Below, one piece after another: positions 26,554 to 36,062 of a stretch of DNA of 64,000 nt. How positions within the stretch are numbered: position 1 is the first letter of the stretch; the number at the start of each line of letters is the position of its first letter. The DNA is from an uncultured Eubacteriales bacterium (GTDB lineage: Bacteria > Bacillota > Clostridia > Lachnospirales > Bianqueaceae), in NCBI GenBank assembly GCA_902783575.1, contig CACZRP010000047.1, positions 40,783-104,782 of the forward strand. The letters run 5' to 3'. Below the pieces are notes generated by a model, which made no database searches, was not told the origin of the DNA, and worked only from the letters and a program-made list of their open reading frames with translations. The position numbers and the translations under genes are program-made.

Positions 26554-27435
26554 ATGAATTCTAGAAGCAAAAAGAAGTTATGGACGGGACTTGCCATCTG
26601 CGCGGCGCTGCTGATTCTGACCGCAGTGCTGGGGCGCCGTTTTAACTTTGTCCGTTCGCCTCTTTACCGGATCATTTCTCCGGTGACATCTGTCTTTGGC
26701 GATTTCGCTTCCTGGCTGGATGAAAGGGCTCACGGTCTGGATTCAAGAGAGGAGCTCCTTAACCGGATTAATTCGCTGGAAAGACAGGTGGAATCGCTGG
26801 AGCAGGAGAACCGCCTGCTTCAGTCCCAGAACCGCCGGGCCAGGGAGCTGGAGGAGCTGTATGATCTCAGCTACGATTTTCGCAGCTATCCCCAGACAGC
26901 GGCGGAAATTATCGGTCTTTCACCCAGCAACTGGTATGATTTTATTCTCATAGGAAAAGGCAGCGCCGACGGCATCGAGGAAATGATGCCTGTGATCGCC
27001 GGAGGCGGCCTGCTGGGCTATGTCAGTACGGTCTATGATACCTATTCCCAGGTCACCACGCTGGTGGATTCCGAGAGCCTTGTCTTCGGACAGGTGAACC
27101 GGCCGGAGGGCGCCCTGGTGAGGGTCCGGGGCGCTTTATCCGGATACCAGGCCTCCTCACGGATCAACAATGAGGAATATCTCATTGTGATCCTGGATGA
27201 TGATTCCTCCAATATCTGTGTGGGAGATGAAATTGTTACCTCTTCCCTCAGCGATATCTATCCTGCCGGCCTTTCCATAGGAACGGTGATCGAGATTTCC
27301 CAGTCACCGTCCACCGGCGAATTTGTCGCTTATCTGGAACCTTCAGCCCATATTTCACAGCTGGATCTGGTTTCCATCCTGACCAGTCTGAAAACTCCAT
27401 ATGTCCCGCCTGCCGGAGAGGAGGAAACGCCATGA
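26554..27435 (+). CDS. mreC: Rod shape-determining protein MreC
   Basis: 293 aa; N-terminal TM, coiled coil (LERQVESLEQENRLLQSQNRRARELEEL), beta-rich C-terminal part; position after mreB. Confidence 0.88.
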   Translation: MNSRSKKKLWTGLAICAALLILTAVLGRRFNFVRSPLYRIISPVTSVFGDFASWLDERAHGLDSREELLNRINSLERQVESLEQENRLLQSQNRRARELEELYDLSYDFRSYPQTAAEIIGLSPSNWYDFILIGKGSADGIEEMMPVIAGGGLLGYVSTVYDTYSQVTTLVDSESLVFGQVNRPEGALVRVRGALSGYQASSRINNEEYLIVILDDDSSNICVGDEIVTSSLSDIYPAGLSIGTVIEISQSPSTGEFVAYLEPSAHISQLDLVSILTSLKTPYVPPAGEEETP

Positions 27436-27953
27436 TCCTTCTGTTTCATTCTCTGGTAGGTTTCTTTTTAATTGTTTCGGAAGCCACATGGCTTCATGAG
27501 CTGTCTCTGGGCGGTATTATCCCCAGCCTTATGATTCCCTATCTGGTGTGTGTGGGAACCTTTCAGGGGCGCGATAAGGGCCTCTGGTGCGGTCTGATTA
27601 CGGGGCTGGTGCATGATCTTATTTTCTCGCGGACCCTGGGGCTTTTCGCCCTGATGTACATGCTTTGCGGCTATGCTTCCGGCGTTCTGACCACGAACCT
27701 TGACAGAACCCGCCTGATGATCCCCCTGGCTCTTTCCGGCCTGATGACGCTGGTGATGGGCCTGCTGCAGGCATTGCTGTTTCAGTGGATTCCGGGAACC
27801 ATGGGCGTCGGAGAGAGCATTCTGCGCGTGCTGGTGCCCGAGCTTATTTATACGCTGCTGACTTCGGTCCTCGTTTATGTGCTTTATTATGCGGGATTCA
27901 GACTGTACCGCCGGCTGAAATACTGGATCCGCCAGAGGAGGATCGCCCAATGA
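27432..27953 (+). CDS. mreD: Rod shape-determining protein MreD
   Basis: 173-aa polytopic membrane protein; 4-nt overlaps with mreC and pbp2; call by position and hydrophobicity. Confidence 0.8.
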   Translation: MILLFHSLVGFFLIVSEATWLHELSLGGIIPSLMIPYLVCVGTFQGRDKGLWCGLITGLVHDLIFSRTLGLFALMYMLCGYASGVLTTNLDRTRLMIPLALSGLMTLVMGLLQALLFQWIPGTMGVGESILRVLVPELIYTLLTSVLVYVLYYAGFRLYRRLKYWIRQRRIAQ

Positions 27954-30622
27954 AACAGCTGCTTTCCCGTATTCTTCAGATTTTTACTCACCGGATTATC
28001 TGGCTGAGCTTTATTCTCATCGGCGGCTTTCTGGTCATATTCACTGCCCTTTACCGGATCCAGATCAAGGATCAGAAACGGTATCAGGTTCTGGCGGAGC
28101 AGCAGAAGACCGCGGAACCCTCGGTCAGCATCAAGCCCCTGCAGGCCAGGGGATGTATCTACGACAGATGCGGCGTTCCTCTGGCAGTGAATGAGGAAAG
28201 CCTGGCCTTATATTATATTCCCTCCGCTGAAAATGAAAACCTGGGAGAATCCCTGTATCTGCTCAAGAAGATTCTTGATCAGCATCAGATCAGCTTTTCC
28301 TACGATCAGGCATTTCCCCTGACCTACAATCCCAGGGAGGGCTTCAAATTCAGCCCTGCCTTTGATGAAAGCGTCAATGAGATCAATCATCTGAACTTTC
28401 TCGCGGAGGTTTACGGTACCAGCCGCGACGAGCTGACAGAAGAGCAGCGCAGGACCAACGCCGAAACCGCTTTCACCCAGCTGTATCACACCTCCTTCGA
28501 GCTTCCCGAAGGACTGAGCCGTCAGGAAGAAGTGGTGCTGGCATCTGTCCGTTACGCCATCTTCTCCGGCCGTTTTTCTCCGGATGATCCTGTGCGGCTG
28601 GCCAGCGGAATTCCCGAGGAAATCATGGTCCATATTCTGGAAAAGCCTGACCTTTTCAAGGGCTTTGCTGTTCGGAAGGAATATGAGAGAATCTATCCTC
28701 AGAAGGACCTGTTTGCCCATGTGGTGGGCTATGTGGGCCGGATTTCAGCCGAAGAGCTGGAGGAGTGGACTTTGGACGGCGAACCCTATGCCTCCGACGC
28801 GGTGGTGGGAAAGAGCGGCATTGAGCTGGCCTACGAGCAGCAGCTGGCCAAGGGATATGATGTATATCTCACCATTGACCTCAGGTTCCAGCAGCAGTGC
28901 TTCCAGGCCCTGGAGAAGCAGATTACGTCGCTCCTGGTGGCCAAGATCACCGATGTGCCTTCGGAAAAGGGTGATACCTATACCACAGCGGATGTTTTCG
29001 CCTCCATGATTGAAAACCGGATTTTCAAGGAATCCATGCTTCAGTCGGGTCTTCCGGTGATGGAGCTCTTCCTGTCCACCGGGGAAAACGCGAAAGAATA
29101 TTATCTGGAAACACTGGAGCAGCAGATACTGAACAATGCCCCCATCAAAGATTATCCGGAATCCATCAAGGCCTTCTACGATCTTCTGATTACCCTGATG
29201 AGGGATGAGGAACGGCTTTCCTATCAGTATCAGCGGGACGAGGACTTCTATGTTCCCTATGCCGCAGGCGAGAAGGGCGCCTATGATCTTTTCTCCCATG
29301 CCCTGGCCCATCAGTATATTCCGCTGGAGGAATACAAGCTGGAGGAGAGCATGCTTCCGGAGGATAAGATTCCTGTCATCGTGCGGGATGAGATCCGCCG
29401 CATGAGCCAGTCCTCCCAGTTTCAGACCATGGTGTACCAGCGGATGGTGAAGGATGCCTGGTTTTCGGCTTCAGATATGCTGCTGCTTCTGTACGAGCAG
29501 GGAATTCTGAGCACGGAAGACGGCTCCCGGGACAGACTGGTGAATGAAGAGGAGACACCGCTTCAGATTCTCCTCATGAAGATTCAGAATCTGGAGCTGA
29601 CGCCTCAGCAAATCGCGCTGGATCCCTGCAGCGGCTCCGTGGTGGTGACGGATCCCTTCTCCGGGGAGGTGCTGGCCATGTCCAGCTATCCCAGCTTTGA
29701 TCCCATGCGCTTTATGAACGACAACGCCTACTATGACGAAATTGTTCTTGATATCACGTCGCCCCTGTCCTTCCGGGCGGTCTACGAGGCCAGAGCCATC
29801 GGCTCCACCTATAAGATGTGCACCGCCATTACGGCCCTGGAGCTGGGCGTGATCGATGAGAAAACCAAGATTAAGGATGGTTACGAATTCCCTTATGTGA
29901 ACTCGGTGGATCATCCTCACTGCTGGACCGAGGTCAGCCATGGCGAGATCAATGTGGCCGAGGCCCTGGATCATTCCTGCAACTACTTCTTTTATCAGCT
30001 GGGGTATCTGCTGTCCGAGCCGGACGCGAAGCATCAGTTTGATGATTCCGTGGGCCTGAAGAAGATGGCCAATTACGCGAAGAAACTGGGACTGGCCTCT
30101 GTCACGGGCATAGAAATCGGTGAAACCGTGCCCCGGACCTCGGAAATCGACGCGGTGCGTTCTTCCATCGGGCAGGGCACCAATGCCTTTACCACAGCCA
30201 ATGTGAACCGCTACACCTGTACGCTGATCAACGGCGGAGATGTCTATTCTCTCTATATGGTGGATGAGGTCAAGGATCCGGGCGGCCGAACTCTGTATCT
30301 GTCCGACGCGAAGGCTGAGTACAATGCGGAGGTGAAGGAGGAAAACCTTCAGATTGTCAGGAAGGGCATGCGTATGGTGGTCACTGACGAGCATAAGGAT
30401 GAATTTGCCCCGCTGGAGTCCATCGGCATTCACGCCGCCGGCAAGACGGGCACCGTTCAGGAGATCGAGGACCGGCCGGATCACTCTCTGTTTACGGGTT
30501 ATACCACGGTGGAGAACCCTGAAATCACGGTCACCATCATGATTCCCTTCGGCGGAGGATCCCACAACGCCATTCCTGTTTTTATTGATGTTGTCACTGC
30601 ATATTATGGAATTTTTTCTTGA
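27950..30622 (+). CDS. mrdA: Class B penicillin-binding protein 2 (elongasome transpeptidase), long form of about 890 aa
   Basis: ORF track opens at 27785 inside mreD; ATG at 27950 (MKQLLSRILQ, then TM) overlaps the mreD stop as ATGA; motifs STYK (S-x-x-K), SCN (S-x-N), KTGT. Confidence 0.9.
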   Translation: MKQLLSRILQIFTHRIIWLSFILIGGFLVIFTALYRIQIKDQKRYQVLAEQQKTAEPSVSIKPLQARGCIYDRCGVPLAVNEESLALYYIPSAENENLGESLYLLKKILDQHQISFSYDQAFPLTYNPREGFKFSPAFDESVNEINHLNFLAEVYGTSRDELTEEQRRTNAETAFTQLYHTSFELPEGLSRQEEVVLASVRYAIFSGRFSPDDPVRLASGIPEEIMVHILEKPDLFKGFAVRKEYERIYPQKDLFAHVVGYVGRISAEELEEWTLDGEPYASDAVVGKSGIELAYEQQLAKGYDVYLTIDLRFQQQCFQALEKQITSLLVAKITDVPSEKGDTYTTADVFASMIENRIFKESMLQSGLPVMELFLSTGENAKEYYLETLEQQILNNAPIKDYPESIKAFYDLLITLMRDEERLSYQYQRDEDFYVPYAAGEKGAYDLFSHALAHQYIPLEEYKLEESMLPEDKIPVIVRDEIRRMSQSSQFQTMVYQRMVKDAWFSASDMLLLLYEQGILSTEDGSRDRLVNEEETPLQILLMKIQNLELTPQQIALDPCSGSVVVTDPFSGEVLAMSSYPSFDPMRFMNDNAYYDEIVLDITSPLSFRAVYEARAIGSTYKMCTAITALELGVIDEKTKIKDGYEFPYVNSVDHPHCWTEVSHGEINVAEALDHSCNYFFYQLGYLLSEPDAKHQFDDSVGLKKMANYAKKLGLASVTGIEIGETVPRTSEIDAVRSSIGQGTNAFTTANVNRYTCTLINGGDVYSLYMVDEVKDPGGRTLYLSDAKAEYNAEVKEENLQIVRKGMRMVVTDEHKDEFAPLESIGIHAAGKTGTVQEIEDRPDHSLFTGYTTVENPEITVTIMIPFGGGSHNAIPVFIDVVTAYYGIFS

Positions 30623-30631
30623 CCCCACGTC

Positions 30632-30660
30632 TTGACACCATGGTATGAATAATGTAAAAT
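30632..30660 (+). promoter_or_regulatory. Candidate internal sigma-A promoter in front of rodA
   Basis: TTGACA (30632-30637), 17-nt spacer, TAAAAT (30655-30660); only 10 nt before the ATG at 30671. Confidence 0.5.
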
Positions 30661-30670
30661 CAATATACTT

Positions 30671-31837
30671 ATGAGTATTCGCGGAGGATATTTGTTGAAA
30701 TCATACAAAACCAAAGCTTCGTTCCTTCTGATACCCATGCTGGTTCTGATTTTATTCGGAATCATCATGATTGGCAGTGCAGATGGATGGGTCTATGATC
30801 CCCGGAGTTTTGATATCGACCCGCTGATGATCAGACAGTTTGTCGGTCTTCTGATCGGCCTGGTTCTGATCTTCCTGATTCAGCACTGCAGCTATGATGT
30901 TCTGAAGCTCCTGGCTGTTCCGCTGTTTCTAGGCTCAGTGATTCTTCTGGTCGTGGTTCTGTTTTTCGGAACCGGAGCGGAGGAGGGAGACGGTGTCCGG
31001 CGTTGGCTGGGCGTTTCCACCGGTATTTCCGTGCAGCCCTCGGAAATCGCGAAGGTGGCCCAGATACTGCTTTTCGCAACGCTGTTTGACCGGCTTCAGG
31101 ACAAAATGGACCGCTTCTGGCTGATTGCCCTTCTGGCATTTCTGGCCTTGATCTCGCTGTTCTTAATTTACCGCGAGCCGGATCTGTCCACAACCCTGGT
31201 TCTGTTTACCGTAACCCTTGCCTGTTTTTTTGCCGCAGGCGTTTCCGGCTGGTATATCCTGATTGTCGTCCTGCTGATACTCATAGGTGGCTTTATTATC
31301 TATCAGGATGCCTTAAGCAGTACTCCTCATCTGCTGAATCCCTATCAGGTGGAGCGTATTTTAGCCTGGCTCTCACCTGAGGATTATGCACTGACCACCG
31401 CTTATCAGACGGTTCAGTCCCGTATGGCCATCGGTTCCGGAGGCCTTTTCGGTAAGGGACTGTTTCAGAACAGCGGTCTGGTGCCCATCGCAGCGACGGA
31501 CTTTATTTTCGGAATTATCGGTGAGGAATTGGGCCTGGCGGGCTGTCTGTCCATGATTCTTCTGTATCTCTGGATCTGCATCCGGATTCTGTGGATCGGC
31601 GCCCATTCGGAAGATCTGTTTGGGAAAATCATCTGCTCGGGTGTGGCTATCATGATAGGTTTTCAGGCTGTAGTCCATATGGGTGTTACCACCGCTCTGC
31701 TGCCTAATACAGGCCTGCCTCTGCCGTTCGTAAGTTACGGCTTAAGCTCTCTGATTGCCAACATGGTTGGAATTGGATTGGTACTCCGAATCAACACAGA
31801 GAATTATACACTTCGGAACAGGGGGTATTTTCTATGA
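30671..31837 (+). CDS. rodA: SEDS family peptidoglycan glycosyltransferase RodA (FtsW/RodA/SpoVE family)
   Basis: 388-aa polytopic protein; PSEIAKVAQILLFA, EPDLSTTLVLF, TDFIFGIIGEELG, NTGLPLPFVSYGLSS; the true start may be TTG at 30695, 7 nt after GGAGGA. Confidence 0.9.
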   Translation: MSIRGGYLLKSYKTKASFLLIPMLVLILFGIIMIGSADGWVYDPRSFDIDPLMIRQFVGLLIGLVLIFLIQHCSYDVLKLLAVPLFLGSVILLVVVLFFGTGAEEGDGVRRWLGVSTGISVQPSEIAKVAQILLFATLFDRLQDKMDRFWLIALLAFLALISLFLIYREPDLSTTLVLFTVTLACFFAAGVSGWYILIVVLLILIGGFIIYQDALSSTPHLLNPYQVERILAWLSPEDYALTTAYQTVQSRMAIGSGGLFGKGLFQNSGLVPIAATDFIFGIIGEELGLAGCLSMILLYLWICIRILWIGAHSEDLFGKIICSGVAIMIGFQAVVHMGVTTALLPNTGLPLPFVSYGLSSLIANMVGIGLVLRINTENYTLRNRGYFL

Positions 31838-32235
31838 ACATCGGTCTTATAGCGCATGACAACAGAAAAACATTGATGCAGAATCTCTGTGTGGCCTATC
31901 ATCATATTCTGTCAAAACACAAATTGCTGGCAACTGCAACTACCGGCAGACGAATTGAAGAAGTCACCAATTTACCTATTCAGAAAGTTCTCCCCGGATC
32001 CTTTGGAGAACAGCAGCTTTGTGCCCAGATCGATTCCAACACCATCGATATGGTCATCTTTCTGCGCGATCCGGACAACAAACAGGACAATGAGCCCAGT
32101 CTGTCCAACATCATCAAGCATTGCGATGCCAACAATATCCCCGCAGCCACCAACCTGGCCAGCGCGGAAATCATGATTCTTGCTCTGGACAGAGGGGATC
32201 TGGACTGGAGATTAATGTACAGGGAAAACCAATAA
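31834..32235 (+). CDS. mgsA: Methylglyoxal synthase
   Basis: 133 aa; MNIGLIAHDNRK, LLATATTGRRIEE, VIFLRDP; ATGA overlap with rodA. Confidence 0.92.
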   Translation: MNIGLIAHDNRKTLMQNLCVAYHHILSKHKLLATATTGRRIEEVTNLPIQKVLPGSFGEQQLCAQIDSNTIDMVIFLRDPDNKQDNEPSLSNIIKHCDANNIPAATNLASAEIMILALDRGDLDWRLMYRENQ

Positions 32236-32236
32236 T

Positions 32237-34135
32237 ATGAGAGTAAATCTACCTGATCAGCTGCTTCTTTCTGTTCAAAAGCCTGCCCGCTATATCGGCG
32301 GGGAGGTTAACTCCATCGTGAAGGATATGAAAGATATCCACACGCATTTCTGCTTCTGCTTCCCGGATGTCTATGATGTAGGTATGTGCCATCTTGGTCT
32401 GCAGATTATTTATCATGATCTGAATTCTTATGAAGGAGTCTATTGCGAGCGCAGTTTCGCCCCGTGGCCCGATATGGAGCAGGCAATGCGTCAGCAGCAG
32501 ATTCCTTTATATTCGTTAGAGACATTTACGCCGCTGAAGGAATTCGATTTCCTCGGATTCACCCTCCAGTATGAGATGTCCTATACCAATATCCTGAATA
32601 TGCTGGATCTGGCCGGCGTACCCATGTACAGCCGCGACCGGAGCGACAGCGATCCGCTGATCATTGCCGGCGGCCCCAACGCCTACAATCCGGAACCTCT
32701 GGCTGATTTTATTGACATCTACTATCTGGGAGAGGGTGAAGTGGAGTATGAGCACCTCTTCCAGCTTTACAAGGAGCATATGGCTGCCGGCAGGGGACGC
32801 AGGGAGTTTCTGAAGGTGGCTGCCACCGTTCCCGGCATGTATATTCCTTCCTTCTATGACGTCGAATATGAGGATCATCCGGCGGAAGGGTGTGACCATA
32901 CGCCGAGGCTCAAATCTGTCACTCCGAAGGATCCTTCCATTCCGGCCGTTGTCACCAAGGTGCTGGTGAAGGATATGGATTCGGTGGAGTATCCCACCCA
33001 TCCCATTATTCCCTATCTGCAGATCGTCCATGACCGGGCTGTGATGGAGATTTTCCGCGGCTGTATCCGCGGCTGCCGTTTCTGCAACGCGGGAATGATC
33101 TACCGTCCCGTCCGGATGAGAAGCAAGGAAAACATCTTAAACTGGGTGGATAATGTATTAAAGGCCACCGGTTATGATGAGCTTTCCCTTACCTCTCTGG
33201 CTTCCAATGATTATCCGGGTCTGTATGACCTTTTAAAGGAAATACATACCCGCTATCCCCATGTGAATGTTTCCCTGCCTTCTCTGAGAGTCGACGCTTT
33301 TTCTCTCCAGCTCATGGAAGAGCTGGGCGAGGGCAAGAAGAGCGGCCTGACCTTCGCGGCGGAAGCAGGCACCCAGAGGCTCCGGGATGTCATTAATAAA
33401 GGCATCACCGAGGAAGAGATCCTGGGCGGCGTTAAACTGGCCTTCAAGGGCGGCTGGGACCGCGTGAAGCTGTATTTCATGCTGGGCCTTCCCACAGAGA
33501 CGCAGGAGGATGTGTTCGGCATTTCCGACCTTGCTTCCAAAATTGTCCATGAGTGGATGCAGATTCCCAAAGAGGAGCGGTCCAGAGATCTGACGGTGAC
33601 CGTCAGCACCTCCTTCTTTGTTCCCAAGCCCTTTACGCCGTTCCAGTGGTGCGCCCAGGCGGACTATGAAACCTACATGGAAAGGCAGAATTTCCTGAAC
33701 AGCAAGATCCGCAACAAAAAGGTCCAATACCGCTGCCATGACGCCTTTTTAAGCACGCTGGAGGGTCTGCTGGCCCGGGGAGACAGGCGTACGGGCAATC
33801 TGATCTACGCTGCCTGGAAAAACGGCTGCCGGTTTGACAGCTGGTCCGATCTTTTCGATGAGAGCGCCTGGAAAAAATCCATTGAGGAAACCGGCACTGA
33901 ACTGAGTTACTACAACTACAGAGAGAGACAGGAGGATGAAGTCCTGCCCTGGGATCATATCAGCGTCGGCGTATCGAAGAAATATCTGTACCGCGAATAT
34001 GAGCGGGCCCAGGAAGGAATTGTCTCTCCCAACTGCAGGGAAAAATGCTCCGGCTGCGGCATCATGGGCATCAGCGAAACGGGCGTATGCTATGAAAAAA
34101 GAGCTGCGGCAGGAAACGGAGGCAATGAGGCATGA
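32237..34135 (+). CDS. Radical SAM protein with B12-binding-like N-terminal domain (TIGR03960-type), function unknown
   Basis: 632 aa; radical SAM cluster motif CIRGCRFCNAG; starts 1 nt after the mgsA stop; family name from memory. Confidence 0.8.
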   Translation: MRVNLPDQLLLSVQKPARYIGGEVNSIVKDMKDIHTHFCFCFPDVYDVGMCHLGLQIIYHDLNSYEGVYCERSFAPWPDMEQAMRQQQIPLYSLETFTPLKEFDFLGFTLQYEMSYTNILNMLDLAGVPMYSRDRSDSDPLIIAGGPNAYNPEPLADFIDIYYLGEGEVEYEHLFQLYKEHMAAGRGRREFLKVAATVPGMYIPSFYDVEYEDHPAEGCDHTPRLKSVTPKDPSIPAVVTKVLVKDMDSVEYPTHPIIPYLQIVHDRAVMEIFRGCIRGCRFCNAGMIYRPVRMRSKENILNWVDNVLKATGYDELSLTSLASNDYPGLYDLLKEIHTRYPHVNVSLPSLRVDAFSLQLMEELGEGKKSGLTFAAEAGTQRLRDVINKGITEEEILGGVKLAFKGGWDRVKLYFMLGLPTETQEDVFGISDLASKIVHEWMQIPKEERSRDLTVTVSTSFFVPKPFTPFQWCAQADYETYMERQNFLNSKIRNKKVQYRCHDAFLSTLEGLLARGDRRTGNLIYAAWKNGCRFDSWSDLFDESAWKKSIEETGTELSYYNYRERQEDEVLPWDHISVGVSKKYLYREYERAQEGIVSPNCREKCSGCGIMGISETGVCYEKRAAAGNGGNEA

Positions 34136-34845
34136 GAAAACAGATCATCTATCAGAAAACCGGCCGTCTTCGTTTTGTGGGACATCTGGATTTTATGAGG
34201 ACCATGCACCGGGCCATGACCAGGGCCGGCATTCCTCTTGCTTATTCCCAGGGCTTCAATCCCCATCCCCATATGTCCTTTGCCGGACCTCTGACCCTTG
34301 GCTGGGATGGCCTGGGAGAAATCATGGAAATTAAAACCGAAAAAGACATCTCCGATACCGAACTGCTTCAGAGCCTTTCCCGGGAGCTTCCGGAGGGAAT
34401 CAGGCTTCTGGGATGCCAGACTCTGGATGAAAAAGAGCCTCCCATCATGGCCAAGATTCAGGCCGCGGCCTACCGGATTGATCTTCCAGAAGAGCGGGAC
34501 TGGACCGAGCCTGTGAATGAGTTCCTTTCTCAGGAATCCATCCGGCTGACTAAAATCGGTAAAATCAAGGGACGCAAGCAGGAAGTGGAGGTGGAGGTCA
34601 GACCATGGATCTATTCCTGGACACTGACGGATCCCCATACGCTGGAGCTTGTCTGTGCCTCCGGCAGCGAACAGAACCTGAAACCGGATCTGCTGATCTA
34701 TGCTCTGTACCGGTTCATTGGAGCCGAGGATCTGAAATACAGGGAGCATATCACCCGGTGCAGTCTCTTTGGAAGAGATCCGCAGGGGAATCTGATCAAT
34801 TATTCTGATCCGGGTGCCGCCTCCGGCCGGAAGGAGCTGGCGTGA
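34132..34845 (+). CDS. Radical SAM-associated protein (TIGR03936 / DUF2344-type), function unknown
   Basis: 237 aa; RLRFVGHLDFMRTMHRAMTRAGIPLAYSQGFNPHP is typical of the family; 4-nt overlaps on both sides. Confidence 0.75.
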   Translation: MRKQIIYQKTGRLRFVGHLDFMRTMHRAMTRAGIPLAYSQGFNPHPHMSFAGPLTLGWDGLGEIMEIKTEKDISDTELLQSLSRELPEGIRLLGCQTLDEKEPPIMAKIQAAAYRIDLPEERDWTEPVNEFLSQESIRLTKIGKIKGRKQEVEVEVRPWIYSWTLTDPHTLELVCASGSEQNLKPDLLIYALYRFIGAEDLKYREHITRCSLFGRDPQGNLINYSDPGAASGRKELA

Positions 34846-36005
34846 AGAGGGTCCTCGTATACTCCCAGTCGGACAGAATCTGTCTGGCGCTGATGGAGGA
34901 GGACCGGCTGGTGGAATGGACCCGGGAGATGCAGCAGGGGAAGGATGACTGTCCCGTCCTGGGCAGCATCCTGATGGGACGGATTCAGCAGGTTCAGGTT
35001 TCCCTGAACGCCGCCTATGTGGATATCGGGCTGAAGGAGCCTGCCTTTCTGCCGCTGGACAGCCGGGATCTGCAGGCCTATCAGGCAGGCGCTGAGCTGC
35101 CGGTCCAGATCAAAAAATACGCGGAGGGCTATAAAAAGGCTGTTGTCACGGACAATTATTCCCTGCAGGGAAGATTTACGGTGCTGACAGCCCTGAAATC
35201 CAAAACGGGCGTCTCGGCTAAGATTACAGACCAGCAGGAACGGATCCGTCTGAAAGAGCTGGCCAGCCGTTTTCCGGGCAAAGGACAGGCGGGATATATT
35301 CTCAGAACGGAGAGTGCCGGAGCCCCGGAACAGGAAATACTGCAGGAAGCGAAGGCTCTATATGAGGCCTACCGGGATCTGGAAGACAGAAAAAAATACA
35401 CCTCGGTGGGTGAAATCCTGTACCGGAATGATTCCTTCATTCTGAATTATCTGATGAGTGCAGGCATCGGCAGTCTGGATGAGATCCTTTTTGACAGTGC
35501 TGAAATCTGCGGGGAACTTCGTGAAAAGCTGGTGCTGCAGCATCTTTCCTATCCTCAGGAAAGATTAAGGGTGGTTCAGGATTCCCGATTCACCCTGGCG
35601 GATCTGTATCGTGTTGACGCGCAGCTGACCGACGCGATGAAGGAAAGGCTGTTCCTGCAGGATCAAGGATATCTGGTGATTCAAAAGACGGAAGCCCTGA
35701 CCAGCATCGATGTGAATTCCGGCAACTTTACGGGCTTCTCTGACAAGGAGAAAGCCGTGACGGATTTCAACCTCCGGGTGATTCCTGAAATCGTCCGCCA
35801 GATCAGACTTCGCAATCTTTCCGGCATTATCCTGATTGATTTTATCAATATGAATTCCGAAGACAACCGGCAGCAGGTGCTGGAGGCTGTCCGGAAGGAG
35901 TTTCAGAAGGACCGCAGAAAGGTTACCGTCTATGGCTTTACCAGCCTTCAGCTGTGCGAAATCAGCCGTGAAAAGGCAGGACTTCCCCTGGCGGAAATCA
36001 TATAA
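34842..36005 (+). CDS. rng: Ribonuclease E/G family protein (RNase G-like, short form)
   Basis: 387 aa, GTG start; S1 domain ILMGRIQQVQVSLNAAYVDIG, catalytic region LTSIDVNSG and IILIDFINM. Confidence 0.85.
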   Translation: MKRVLVYSQSDRICLALMEEDRLVEWTREMQQGKDDCPVLGSILMGRIQQVQVSLNAAYVDIGLKEPAFLPLDSRDLQAYQAGAELPVQIKKYAEGYKKAVVTDNYSLQGRFTVLTALKSKTGVSAKITDQQERIRLKELASRFPGKGQAGYILRTESAGAPEQEILQEAKALYEAYRDLEDRKKYTSVGEILYRNDSFILNYLMSAGIGSLDEILFDSAEICGELREKLVLQHLSYPQERLRVVQDSRFTLADLYRVDAQLTDAMKERLFLQDQGYLVIQKTEALTSIDVNSGNFTGFSDKEKAVTDFNLRVIPEIVRQIRLRNLSGIILIDFINMNSEDNRQQVLEAVRKEFQKDRRKVTVYGFTSLQLCEISREKAGLPLAEII

Positions 36006-36046
36006 AAAGGCAGTGGATACTTGAGTAAAGTTCCACTGCCTGTTAA
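36003..36046. terminator. Bidirectional intrinsic terminator between the convergent rng and xer-like genes
   Basis: 9-bp stem GGCAGTGGA / TCCACTGCC (36009-36017 / 36032-36040), A run upstream, T-rich tract downstream. Confidence 0.6.
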
Positions 36047-36062
36047 TTTGCAATTTTATCAT

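Noticed and set aside
27785-27949. N-terminal extension of 55 aa on the PBP2 ORF given in the ORF track.
   Set aside because: The extension lies entirely inside mreD in another frame. ATG at 27950, overlapping the mreD stop, gives a normal cytoplasmic-tail plus TM start.
30640-30665. dif-like sequence (ATAATGTAAAA) near the Xer-related theme.
   Set aside because: The resemblance to the Firmicute dif core is only partial, and the sequence is better explained as the spacer and -10 of the rodA promoter.
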